A DNA stretch of 64,000 bases from Dudresnaya verticillata (lineage: Eukaryota), in NCBI GenBank assembly GCA_977862235.1, contig OZ374562.1:1488001-1552000 (forward strand). The letters are read 5' to 3'. How positions within the stretch are numbered: position 1 is the stretch's first letter; each line of letters begins with the position of its first letter. A program made the position numbers and the translations under genes. The notes beneath the pieces are model-generated. The model was not told where the DNA came from, ran no database searches, and saw only the letters and a list, made by a program, of their open reading frames with translations. Positions 22,456-35,339 of the stretch are shown here, in pieces.

Positions 22456-25400
22456 ATCTACTGGCTCACCCAAACCCAACTCCCACCTCCCTCGCCCACG
22501 TATACCAAGCAAGTGAACAAATCCATCGCACGGGCCTCCAATATAGTACATCCTCTACCGAACCCACCACAGCTCCATAGGGGCAGCTTTAGATACGTAG
22601 TGTGTTTCCAATAGGCTGTTGACGCCGAGCCAAGTACACTCTAAACTTTGTTGAGTAAACTTTATCATCACATAATGCTTCAAAATGAGGGAAATCTTGC
22701 CACGCTTGTTGCATAGCAATTTAATTTGTGGTCTAGTGACACCCACGAAATCCGTAATGGAATACTGATCAGACGTGCTCACGGCGGAATAAGACCCTCA
22801 ATACCTCACGGGGCGATCGAGCAGTTCGCACCGAAACGGGAGATCGGCAGCCGGCTGGTCCGAAATGGTATATTTGGGAGCAGTAATAATGGAATGGTAA
22901 AGTGATGGACGGACTCCCTAAGAGTGGTGGTGATTGACCGCAACTGGCTCGGCATGGGTAAAACTGTAAACGGACGCGCTAGAGGAAGATTCAGACTAAA
23001 AAGGGTTGCTCGCCTGTTTTCTTAGGAGTAGTCACTGTGCCACACTGATATACAATTGAGGGTGGCCCCAGAGTCCCGGCCTGTATGGGTCAGACCCTAG
23101 TTATATTTCCCCGTAGTGGAATCAGCCATAGAGGTCCCGGCTACCGACAGAGAGATGTCGAGCCTTCTCATTCGCTGTTGCGCTACTGTAAGAATTGTGC
23201 AGAGACTTTCTGAGAATTCAAAAGTCACAAATGCTCCGTTACAGATGGTGCGCTCCCCTGTCGGACAGCAATGCACCCTGGTGCACAGTGATGCGCGCAG
23301 CACCGACACGGATACACGCCCAAACGTCCGAGAACAGTTGAGGCCACAGTATATACGTTTTCATCGGCGCGTTTTCCGGACCTCACTTTACCACGCATTG
23401 GCTGCGCTTCATCGATAAGATATCACCGAGTTTACTACAGGTTCAGAAGACTCTGTAGTATTGCCGAACATAGTCGGGACGCCTATTAGCGCTCTAATAT
23501 GCCTTTGAGCGAAACATTAATGTAATGTGTAGCACACCAACTCGATACAGCACTGAACTTATATCGAAATGGTTAATTTATTTATAGAATATAGAAATGC
23601 TACACTATACTGCAACGGAGACGCCTTCACCCCGTAAGAAAGCTCTGAGTATCAGATATTACCGCGGATTCTCCAGTTTCAATGCCCAACTCCATCCCTC
23701 AATGTTACGTCTGGAAGAAGCCGTACACTAAAGAGTTTTAGATACTCTTAATAAAGTGTTTGCGTTTCTCTCTAGCTTCTGTGAATATTTGTCTATTCTC
23801 TGTTCTGGTTCTATCCATCAAGACTTGTATTCTGCTATCATTGATCGCCATGGTTGTTACCTGTACGCTAGTGGACAGCAATTAAATTTCCACATGGGGA
23901 GCAGCGAGCGGCTCCAGGTCGAGCCTAGGGTGTCCAATGCCTGATCAGACCCGCGACTCACAAACTCGTCGAGAAACTTTCCACTTCATGAGGACGCTGG
24001 CGGCATCTTCTAATCTTGAGAGAATGTAGTGATATCCATGTCCGAACAACTCGATGCAACCGAGATAGTCACCATTAATGATGTTCGCGATGCATGGGTG
24101 ATCGAACAACCAAACCGCGTCGATTTCAGAGCTTGTTTGACATAATAGAGAACCGAAAGAATGATTGGTGAGAGAAGCGTTTTCGGGCAAGGAATGGATG
24201 TGTCCGTTGGGCATATGACGTATTTCAGATCCCCTACCGATGCCATCCTTTCGGGACGCAAGCAAAGGGACCGCTGATCGGCAAACGAATGTATGCATTG
24301 TAGTTCTGTAACAGTACGGACTCTGAATACTTCCTGGACTTGTTGGGTGCTGTCCTGCTTGTGCTGCAATGCGAAGACCTCTGCCCATCTTCCTCCCTCC
24401 TCGAGAGAATGAAGGGCGGAGCTTTAATATCCTGTGGAGCCGCTTCCTCCACAGCTCCGAGGTTATTCTATGTGTTTGATAAAAACAGCACTACTGCTGA
24501 TTCTAAACGGTATGGATAAAGTAGCTATTCTATTCGTAAACGGTATATTCTACAGTAGTCCGAACCTCCATTACATCAGAACAACTACCCCCGAGGACAT
24601 GGCAGTTCAAAACATCTATCTCTGGGAACAGGCTTGAAGATGTTACGTCTTCAACGGAAGAAGTTGCTCCTGCAACGGAACATCTTCTTGGCTTAGAGTA
24701 GACCTGACAATTCTAAAATTACAAAAGCTTCAAGCCAGTAAGCCAATAGTCCCACTTGGCAACAGTTCTCTACAGGACTTAGGCTGGTTTGTCTGCAATA
24801 TAAATAAAAAGAGAGTTAGTGGAATACATCAAGGAGAGTGGAACACTTTGGCTGAGGTGTTGTACAAAGCAATTCTCGAAGTTTCGAGCAGACGTGGGCA
24901 CTACGTCAGGATCATTGTCGGTAAAGGGGTCGAAGTCGCCAGCCAGAAGGAATTCTTGGCCAAACAATGACATGATGCGGTATCATCTCTATCCCATCGG
25001 TCGAGAGAGCTTGAAATCCAAGTTGTAGGTAAAGCATATCATCAGATAACAGCACGGACAAATATTACGGGGAATGGACCCGTAATATAGAATGGGAGTG
25101 CAGGATCGCCCACATGGATGGGGAGGTCACTCAAAGCGATCACTTGGAGGCGCATTTTTGGTTCGTCTGGGTTTCGATACATGCTCTCGAAATGCTTCAG
25201 TTATTTCGAGACGCCCTGTATCCTACGTTGCACCCAGGCTACACTACACAGAGAGGGAGTACACCTTCACACCATATGCAGACTTTTCGTATTTCAATAC
25301 CCTATTCTACAATATGCATCCCAATGCGGAAGAATCATAAACACCTGCGGTGCTTACTCCTTATCCGGATGGGCAGGGCAGTCGTGAACTGTACTGCGCT

Positions 25401-25899
25401 TAACCCAATGCTGAATTAAGGCTCAAATCCGGTGAAATAAGGATTCAATACCTACCAGAACGTGGGTATTGGGAACTAGCTCCTCAGAGGTTCGTCGAAG
25501 TCCGGATTGTATGTGAGACATATACAACTCGTAAATTTCATGCCAAGCTTATTCGTAAGCAGATCTGGGTTACCGGGGGAAGGACCTACATTACGATTTA
25601 ATCCCAGCACCGCGAAGATAATAATCCTTAATGTTGAGGGTGGACAAAAATCCGGAGCCCGGTATCGTAATACGGCGCCAGTGACTTCGGAAAAAGAATT
25701 CCCATGCACCACGAATATCATTCCTGTGAATGTCGCGAGGACTGTTACTCCAGTCTCGAAAAGGGCGAAAATGAACCGGATCTTGAAGCGCCATCACGTC
25801 ATTGCGGTATCCTTCAGTGCGTCAGAAAAAGCGCGTTCACCGCAGCGTGCACGACCGCATCGTCATTATGCAGGCTCTTTTAGAATGCAACCAATTTTA

Positions 25900-27363
25900 T
25901 AGTCCAAAACTCTGTAGTATAATTATTCGCGTTGTGCAATCAGGGTTTCCTACCCAGAGCTGTTGAGCGGCACCAATTGGATGCCATAGACTGCAACACG
26001 GCACACCAAGGTTCGGCCGATGTCTATCAGACGGGCGCAAGGTACATACGTTCTGTGTAGTCCTACATCTTTGAACATGTAGAGGGGCTGTAGAGCAGTG
26101 CTCAAACATTCTCGACTCTTTTCCGTTTCCAAGCGGGTACCGCTAGTGGGTACCGATTGGTGGGTACCGCTTGGAAACGGAAATGTGGGGCATTCCGAAG
26201 TATTTCGTAGAGTAGAGAACACCAGTTTTCTGGGCACTTAGAAATTGTATGTCCTTATCTTTGCAGCATTCGGTATCCTGGACATGAACTTTCGAAATGC
26301 TCCATTACATGCTCTCCAGTTCTGCCCATTTGGTGGACGCATTCAATGCCGTTTGAAGGCACGCGATGGTCCGAAATCGGAGCACTATGTTGTCAGTAAA
26401 CACCATGATATCAACTTCTTCATCCGCGACAGCGTCCTTCATGGCCCATGAAACGAGCTCCGGAAACGGATCCATGTTGAGATCATAAATTATCCGACTC
26501 GAAGACACTCATTGCGTGTGATATCGCGGGAGATAATCGCTGTGTGGTGGCAATTGCACCACGTTTTGCAACAACGGCGACTTACTAGTGCTCGAAATCC
26601 ACCATTGCTGCAGCGGAATGTGACAATTTCTAATGAATATTCTTTATCAATTTGTCTCGAGGTACTATATCAAATGCTGATTTTAGGTCCAGCACAGCTC
26701 TGAACCGAAACCCGGCAGCAGTGCTGTCGGTATGTCGCAAAAGGGAAATTTCAGTTCTCGTGTTATCATGTAAGCCTAGTTGGGTGGGGTGAAACATGTA
26801 GTCTTTTCGAACCACCGTCGAAATTGCCTTCGAAAGAATTTTTCTCTCGTGCAGTACTAAGGCGAAGGGGCGGTAGCTTCCGGTAAAGGACTTGTTACCG
26901 CATTTATCAACGGGTACCATAAACGAGGTACACCAGTGTATTACCATGTATCCAATCCGACTGCGCTGCTGCCAGAGCAGGAGAACGATGTTGGCTAAGA
27001 GCTTTGGTGTAATTTGAAAAGCCTTATCAAATAGTTCATCTGTGCAAGTAGCTTTTCGCCTCTTGTCCGTTAAGATGGCTGCAAAAAATTGTAATTTGAT
27101 GTCTTGGGAGGCTTCAAAACTGGACTATTGGCGGCTTGCTTCAGCCCCTTTCGTGGGATGTTTGGTGAAGGCAGCCAGGTCCAATTCCCCAGATTGGAGG
27201 CTTCACGATTTCGAGCGGAACCGCCGTTGCTCTTGAGAAAGGCAAAAAGGAAGTTGGAAGCAGTACGAGGATTCTCGTTGATGAGCGCTTCTACTACTTG
27301 ATTCCTAGATCGACACTTCCTTTGGTAGAAAAGGCTTCGAATGCGCTGATCTGTGGCGTGCAT
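25900..27363 (-). pseudogene. Second LINE reverse transcriptase remnant
   Basis: VPVDKCG...SYRPFAL, QLG, VLDLKSAFDIVPR, degenerate FTDN (from FADD) in ORFs 26630-26947 and 26305-26508; ends approximate. Confidence 0.82.
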
Positions 27364-27548
27364 TTTTCACGCTTGTGATGGGGACGAGCCGGTGTCCATC
27401 CATCGGTGTCCACCCACCGGCTCGTCCCCATTACAAGCTAGGAAGCATATGAAATGTGCATAAATTGGATGAGGCGTGGGCAGGGGACAAATAGTTGTTC
27501 GACATGTGCAACTTATCGGACACGTGTTTCAAAATGATGTGTCATACC

Positions 27549-28318
27549 TGTAAGATTAGACTGTGCTACGTTGAGCCTCACTGTCAGTCGGCAGCACCGA
27601 AGTCCCGCTGGTGCTGTAAGCAAATGCGCTGTGCCGCCCACTCGAACGCATGTACTACTAGCACTCGTGTAATTTCTATGTTTATTTTTGCGTGTTCAGT
27701 TGTTGTAATCTAATTAAGTTGCATTCTGACTCCTTGCTGTCCTGCTCATCGTGCCGCAGAGGGCGCACGCTCCTCGCATCCTACGGCACGGAGCAGTTAA
27801 GTGCTTTGTGGGCCGTTACGCCTCCGTCCGCCCCCAGGTAGTCGTTACCCGTATTTGTAGATACTTGTCGGGGCGCGCGGCCACACCTACCCGGTTGATG
27901 CCGTAGCGAGTGCGTAGCCAGTCTATTTATGGCTAGTTGTCTCTCATGGCTATGTAAAGAACACTGACGGCCGCCTACCCTGGGTCCTGCCCTCTCTTCT
28001 TCGGATTCGATCTGCTTTCCTTTGCCCTACGTCTTACCCTGTTTCCCTATCCATATAGGCTTTCTCTTTTTCTTTTCCAATGTCGGGTGCGTGTCCCCGC
28101 TCGGTGCGGACGCTGGGATACAGCCGCTGTCTCCCTCGTACGGTACGACCCTTGTACGCTGAGGTTGCGACGCTCTCAGATCCGCGACCGTTGACGGTGC
28201 GCGCGGCCGACATTGCGCTGTACCACCGAGCTACCACCACACACCTCCTATCCACGGGGTTGGCTGTGTGGCTTCACACAAGTACAGTTGGACGTCAGTC
28301 AACCTGACGTCTATTACA
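27549..28318 (+). repeat. Old LTR of the E1/E2 family without internal sequence (degraded solo LTR)
   Basis: Colinear similarity to the E2 LTR (TGTAATTTCTA, CGTTACCCGTA, GATCCGCGACCG..GCGCGCGGCCGACA) ending ...CTATTACA; no PBS and no clear TSD. Confidence 0.8.
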
Positions 28319-28799
28319 AAACTGAGTGGAGTGTGCCTGCCAGGACGGAAGGTGGAAACGGAGAGAGGTCTTAATGACATTACTGGAGTCGCAGGATAGG
28401 CTCGCGGTACCACCATCGAGTGCTACAGGTATTACATTAACCAAATGGAGCCGTCAAAAGTCTTAGAAACTGTAACACAGTGAACGCCACAATTACTACA
28501 GCTGCACTCTTATAGAAGAGTTCCACGAGAGCTACAACCACACAAGTATAGTGTCCCAGCTCATGGTTACAGCGCACACACAGTTATAGCGCATTCAAAT
28601 TCTCCTTCTAGTTAGTGTAGTGTTGCAGGGTTGCAGCGAACAGACTATATATAGCTTCGCCTGTTCGACTATCCGCAACACAGGACACAAGACACACGAT
28701 TCACATAGTAAAACGTCCACTTTACAAACGAAAGCAAGAGCTCGTCCACGACACCACTTTCGGACGTATGCTCTCTTGCACAAACCGATACTGAGGAGT

Positions 28800-31100
28800 C
28801 TATCGGACGACGATCTTTAAACCCTCCTAGCACCGGAACCCGGTGTCCGATGCGAATTATCATGTATTCCACAGAGACCTTGGTGTATTATCTGTTCCGT
28901 TGTGGGTATTCCGAAAAGGTGGTGGACCGGATCTCGTGCACGCAGATTCCCCAAGCATATATTTCAAGATAACGCAAAAACGCTCTAACACCATTTTTAT
29001 GATAGATGGAGAGGCTTCCGTTCGCGACACAGGTTACGGAGGGGTTCCACATACGTCCTTCTTTTCGATTACCCCTCGAAAACGTTGGCAGAGGGGTAAC
29101 GGCACAAGTTTTAACCGATACAACAGGGTAATGTGATGTACCGTTTTTCTAGTTCTAGTGTTAGTCTGGGACTCCATGGGACGAGGAATTGGGCTTCAGA
29201 GCTCGCGCCAGGGCACCACCTGCAGCCTCCACGACAGAACGGGTTGTTCTTCACTTCTCAGTACTTGTTGAGGCTGAAATGAAATGATCGGAGCCCACGG
29301 TAAGCACTTTCGGTGGAGGTACTCTGATTACGAGTGGACCGCCTTCGAAACATGATATTCGGTCTTGCGCTATTTATACGGCGTCCTTAAGGTATCAGGT
29401 ATCCTTCCCTACATGAAACCTCTCCAGTTTCGCATATCTACACTGATTGGTCAGATATACGTTTTGGAGTTCGTAAATAATCACGATACACGTTACGGAA
29501 GTGCAGATCATCAAGGAAGTCCCGCAATCCGAGATTTAACGAGACTTGGGTACAGTCTACACCGAGATTGCATTACTAGAAGCGATCTACGAAGATTTGA
29601 GTAGAGAAAAAGTGTTTGGTCGGGTGGACCACGGGCTCTTGGTGTCATCGGCTACATATGCGTTCGTCGTCTTGCAGGATGGCAGGGGGACGCAAAGGGC
29701 AGTTTGTTATCGCTTCCAATGAGTAGAGCTCGCACGGGAAGAAGGGTAATGTGAAAATGGGAACCACCCCGTCATTTGCACTGGAATCGGAGCAGGGAAA
29801 TTGTTTAATCTCATGGGACATCAAGAATAGCTGCCGTCGTTTCACTAATTCTGCAGAATCCGCCATACCCTCCTATTCCACTTTGGTAGTCGATGTTTCC
29901 GCTATATCTCGTTACCATTCGGTTGGGTTCGTTCTGTTTACTGGTTTACGAAGCGTCTGCAGCAGCTCTTCCGCTACATGACCGATCGGCTGCACTACAG
30001 GATTCTATTCTATGTGGACAATTGTAGCTGCCCCATCATCGCCAGATACCACTGCGACCGGACAGAGCTGTATTATTGCAGGCCCAGAGCTTCGGAAGTG
30101 GTTCCGACAGTTAGGGACAATGACACACCCCAAGAAGGGGTGTGATATGGGACGTAACGCTTTCCGCACATGAGTATGAAGGTCGAGACGCTGGCGATGG
30201 GCGTTTCAGGGGTCGATCGGAAGGTACAGGAAGTGCGATGGTTGTCTAGCAATATCCTGGATCTGGAGATTCGGAACCGGAAACCGGCCGCATGCAACCG
30301 CTTTCCTCATTTTTGTGGCGTTTGTGCTTCCCTAGGTTTGTTGGGTCTGCTGGCGCTACTTTAAACTCAGTCGGTATATTTCGACATGGCTTAAAACGCC
30401 AGATGTGTGTTAGGGTCCACAACAGGGCATGTTCAGAAGACCGTGCGCGTCCACCGTTGTAACCAGTCCCTTCGCTACTTCGAAAATTGGCGTTGATTGG
30501 CCCTGGGAAATAGAGTTGAACTAGGGAGGACGGAACCAGACCTGACCCTCCATAGCGACGACGCCTAAGTGCGGTACGGGGCAACCATCAGTACCAATCC
30601 TCAAGCCGGTAGTCCAGATTGGATGGGAGGGAAAAGGTTCTGGGGCCTGAAACAGCGTTTTTGTTCCATTAACGAGCGGGAACTGCAATCTGTTTTGTTA
30701 TTATTGTACTGTACCTTTTCCAGCTACCTCTCCAGACCGGGTAAACCTCTGGTGCTGCTGCATGAGGACAACGAAGCCACCTTTACGTGCTGAAAGCGAT
30801 GATCTCCGCCTCCCGCTCAATGACAAACGCGTTTCGCAAACATGGGGTGCTACTGTAAGTCCTCGACGTAATTATACAAGGGCTATGACTCTCATCAGCT
30901 GTCAACAAAACAAAATTACCGACAAAGTGTCCAGGATCCGGCGCCATCAGATGCTCCGAGATCTGGTGGGCCCATCCAATACCTACGCCGCGAGTATAGC
31001 AATGCGTTTCTCATGTCTACTATTGATGAGATCAACTTCGTTTGAATCGACTGGGATGTCTAAGACATGAAGCAACTTCAGGAGGTGACCGAGTCCGAGT
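28800..31100 (-). pseudogene. Highly degenerate Gypsy gag/protease-region remnant (tentative)
   Basis: Only weak traces: a decayed knuckle-like ILMCGKRYVPYH near 30150-30180 and gag-like fragments. Confidence 0.3.
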
Positions 31101-32039
31101 TGGACAGCAACCAAACTTCCCCTTGGGCGTCTTAAACCTTCCCCGATCGGACAGATAGAGACGCGTCATATGCCATGCGTCGGCCGGGATTGGAACTTGA
31201 AAAAGTGGTCTGTACGGCCGAAACCAGCGAAGCTAGCTACAACAATCAAAGGTGCTATGCAGCTGGTGTCCAGCCAGTCTATTTCATGTCAACTTCGGAA
31301 AGTGGTCGAAAAGCTTGTATCGTTGCTCTTGGCCGCCATCCCATCCTTTCGGTACTCTATCGGACATATATTTTGCTTGAGGCGTCCATGCTTGTTTCAG
31401 ACATTATCCCAAACGGGAGCATTTTATGCTTTCTAAATTAACTCCTTTGTCATTTATTCGCCTGCGAACTTTTTAGGATACCATTATCTGCACGGCCGCT
31501 TCCTAAGACGCTGTAGGCTTCATGTCTACTCGTTACTCTCCAAAAACGGCCAAAAGGCTGAATCATCTCTACTCAAAGAGAAAAGGCACCATTTTGCTGC
31601 AAAAGAAGCATTACGCCGCTACGACAGGTTCCTACGGCCATTTTCGCCTCCGCTACTCGGATTACCGCCTTCATTCATTCTTGAACATGCCCAGATCATG
31701 TAAAGGCCCTCGAGACCGCTACTATCGCTCGAGCTTCGGACTGGGCGTCATCGTTATTTTTTTCAGGCTTTCAAATGACTCTGATTTCCGACTCGGCTGT
31801 CTCTATCGGCGCTCTGTCCAGACGAAGATCATCTTCGTCCATAAATTAGCACCTGTTTTATGGCGCAAGATGTTCGATTGCGGCTGGCACAAGTTCCTTC
31901 ATATGCATATGCCTCTGACAAGCTCTCGAGGCCGAGTCCGTCGAGCCCATATTTCCCCCAATCTGTCACAGATTTCGTCAGGCGCCTTAGTGCAGTCATT
32001 TTTCGAGATTCCTAACCAAGACCACCTTCACCTGTCATT

Positions 32040-34185
32040 ACGGAATATTCCGCTTTATTATAATGCCTTTAGGGCTAAAAAATGCACCGGATTCCTTCCA
32101 ATACCCGGAGGGCATCGCCTTCTCTACAGTGAAATGGAAATTTGCCTTAGTCTACCTGGATGACGTAATAGTCTCCTCTAACACCGTTACGGAGAGCTTT
32201 AAACACCTAAATAAGATCCATATGGTACATCGGGCAGTGGGGGTAATCCTCACATTATCGAAGTGTAAGTTCTTTGACAATTCAGTGAAGTACCTGGGCC
32301 ATAGTGTGCGCCCTGGTCAACTGGAGGTGGAAGCATATTCTCGGCGTTAAGGAGGCTAAGCTAACTTCAAGCCAAAAGGAGATGCATTCATTAATGGGGT
32401 TGTGCAACATCTATCGACGTTTCTTACCCAACTTTGCACGTATAGCGGGTCAACGCAACAAGAAAACCGGCAAGGGTCGGATGTTCGAGTTCGAAACCCT
32501 CACCGATACGTGTGGTGCAATCCACAGGGTAAAAAGGAGGACGCACCTCAGGCTGTTCGCTGGCCTGGTGGTAGCGGGTGAAGTAGTAGCGGTAGAGCAC
32601 GGGAATAGCCCCCTAGTGCGACCGTAAAACACTACAAGACCGGGAAAGGGGGCTACCCTAGGAAGAAAGAGAAGACAAAGGAAAAAGAGGGGAAAACAGG
32701 ACTCTGTACGATGAAGATGGGTAACGGACCCACTGGAGTCCAGAAGAAAGCGATAGGGTAGGAGGGTACGTCTCGTTGGCCCAAGCTTGGCTGATTTACT
32801 GCATAGGGGCGCACCTCGGCCCCTGATATACTGTATGAGTTCGGGCGTGTCCCTGATGGGCTATAGGAGCAAGGCGCTCCACCTGGCGCTTGGTGGTATG
32901 CTAGGAAAGGGATGACTGAAATTACCTAAAATAGTAGGGTGCGGATAGGGGCTGACAGTACGCCCGTGTGCGGGCCGCCATATTGGTCTGGCACGCCAGC
33001 AATGTGCGTACTTTACAGGCCGGCTATCCTCTTACAGGGGATTTCTCAGTATGCCTTGCTGGAGCTCGACATGGTAACGAGCCGGTTGCGTACCCAAATT
33101 GGCTCTGCACCTCGCGCGCTCTACAGATTGATCCGCGCGAAACGGCGGTGAGCCCCATCGTTGGTAATCGCGAGTTCGCGTGAAATAGGCCCTGCTAAAG
33201 AGTACTTCAAGTCGCGACGAATGGTGATTTGCACCACAATACGGCGTTTAACAGCTTTGAGGAGTCAAGGCGACATGTGGTCTCTCCCTCTATTCTGGAT
33301 TTACCCGTCACGGTTTCAAGTATTCACTTGATACTGATGCCTGTGATTACCAAGTTGGGTGTGTGCTCTTACAGGAGCAACCTAATGCTCTAATCTATTT
33401 GTAGGTTACGGGAGCCGAAACCTAACAGATGCGGAGAATAACTACACAACCACAGAACAGGATTTCATTTCTGTAGTCTAAAGTATGGCCAGGCTGAGCC
33501 CCTACCTTTATGGAGAAACATTTACCCTCCGTACGGATCTCGATTCATTGCGATGGAAAATGATTCTATCGGACGTGTATGGACATCTAGCACGCTGGCG
33601 TCTACGCCTACAGAGGTTTCATTTCGAAGTACAATACAGCCCTAGTATACACCACCAACTCAATGATGGCATAACACAACTCCTAACAGGTAGTGCTGAT
33701 AAAACTGAGTTGGATTAATAAGTACCCTGCTCTATTATGGAGTCGACTCCTGATGGTGTATTGCAGCATGGCATACCATTCTCCAATTGGAAACAGCCAA
33801 ATCGATCAAATGCAACCAGTATCACCGTCCTAGGAGTAGACACTGCAAACACCGAAACGGTAATGGTGCATGAGAAGGATATGGCATCGTCCACTTCACT
33901 CTTTCAGACTTTCATCAGGCAGGAAGGCATTCACCCTGAGAGCATCATCCCTGAGGATTTCACAGCCGCTCAGGAAACAGACCCTTTCTGCACGCTGAAA
34001 ATCGACAGGATGGGATCCCCCGGGTCAAATTTCGACTACGACCGACAGGGTCTTCTTTCGTTAGCAAGTCGGCTCTAGATGGCGCAAGCCAAAAGATGGT
34101 ACGACAAATGGTGCGTCGTAAGGTCCTGTACCCTGCTCACTTTTCCCTGATGTAGGGACACCCTGTCGGTATTAAGATGCGGTAT
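32040..34185 (+). pseudogene. Gypsy pol remnant (RT, RNase H, start of integrase), interrupted by a solo LTR
   Basis: MPLGLKNAP, VYLDDVIV, KYLGH, GLCNIYRRF; after the insertion LDTDACDYQVGCVLLQEQ, LARWRLRL, AHFS..GHP. Confidence 0.9.
32511..33238. repeat. Solo LTR (728 bp) with intact TSD
   Basis: TGTGGTGCAA...TTGCACCACA termini; ATACG at 32506-32510 and 33239-33243; host pol resumes after it. Confidence 0.9.
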
Positions 34186-35339
34186 CTCGACAACGGGAGA
34201 GCCTGCGCTCGACCGTCGAGAATGCGCGCCCAGGCGAGTTCGAGCCAAAACCCATAGCGGAGTGCAGTGGAACAGTAACACTGTACACCTTTCTGGGCCC
34301 TGCAATACCCACCAATCGAATCCAAGTAGTTGTTTAAATTCTAATTAGGTGACTGTAATGATTCTGTACAGTGCGCAGTGTAATGCCGGCTAATGAGAAT
34401 GCCGAGAATGGCCGCAATGGTGACCGGGACCAGTAGTTCCGGAACCACCTGGTGGACCAGACCCATCCGGGTCTGGCTCGGAGTGGCCTGGTCCACACGG
34501 ACTGGGCCACCGGGGATACCTCACTCTATATTGAAGTGTGGCCGCCGCGGACCATACTGTAAACAGGCAAGCAACCCGAGGTAAAGTGGTTTACCCTAAG
34601 CCTTACCCTATTTCTCCTTCACGGTTTCCCCGCGCCAGCCCCGTGCACGGCTTCTTTCTAAGTCCGTCTTAGTGTAGCTGTCCTGGCACTGTACCTTTCC
34701 CTTGTTCATTGCTTCCACTTATTACGTACAGTTGTTGCCGCTCGTGGATCTCCCTTGGTCTACGAACTATGCTCTACCACACCGGTTTGGTGAGATCACT
34801 TCCTACTGGGATTGCCAGCTCAGTTCTCCTCACAGTTGTGTCTTTCACTGCAACAAAACGGCGGACAACGTATAAGGGAGGGTGCGTGCTCACTCGGGTG
34901 AATTAGTAAGCGTCACTGGCGGTGCTGGTTGACCCGTAATGAAGTAATGTAGTAGAGTGGAAGTTTGAGATATTTAAAGGTTGTACATGCGTTGAAGAAG
35001 TAGTCCCGTGCCCTAAAGTATCAACTTGATGTAACCTTGGACAATGGGCCGTCTCTCAATGGATGATTCATTTCGAGCGGTCCGGGTAAGACTCTGTACG
35101 CTGGTGCCTTTGAGCCTGATTATTTAGAGTATAAGTCATATCTTAGGATAGGGACATGTGTATACCCTGCACTATGAGGGATTATACTCGACGCTCGGCG
35201 TACTTTATAAGAGTAAATCCTGGAGTGTTCATTCTAAAGGAACTGTAAGCAACTTTCGAGCCCATATACATCTGCAAGCGAACGGCACAGCTGCCGACCC
35301 GTCACCCGTGCTCGGCTAACCACCCTCACTGAACTACCT

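Noticed and set aside
23850..25340. Possible Copia-like gag/protease remnant
   Set aside because: Only faint hints (a CMHC dyad, LLGLE); too decayed to support a call
27549..28318. Candidate 3' LTR of E2
   Set aside because: Far too diverged from 12281-13187, has different termini, no preceding PPT and no CCTCT TSD after it
31522..32040. 213-aa ORF 31522-32163 as a real gene
   Set aside because: No recognisable motif, and its 3' end is an off-frame reading of the Gypsy RT remnant
34190..34900. LTR-like segment with small nested hairpins near 34450-34496
   Set aside because: Composition is LTR-like, but I could not define termini, a TSD or a partner copy
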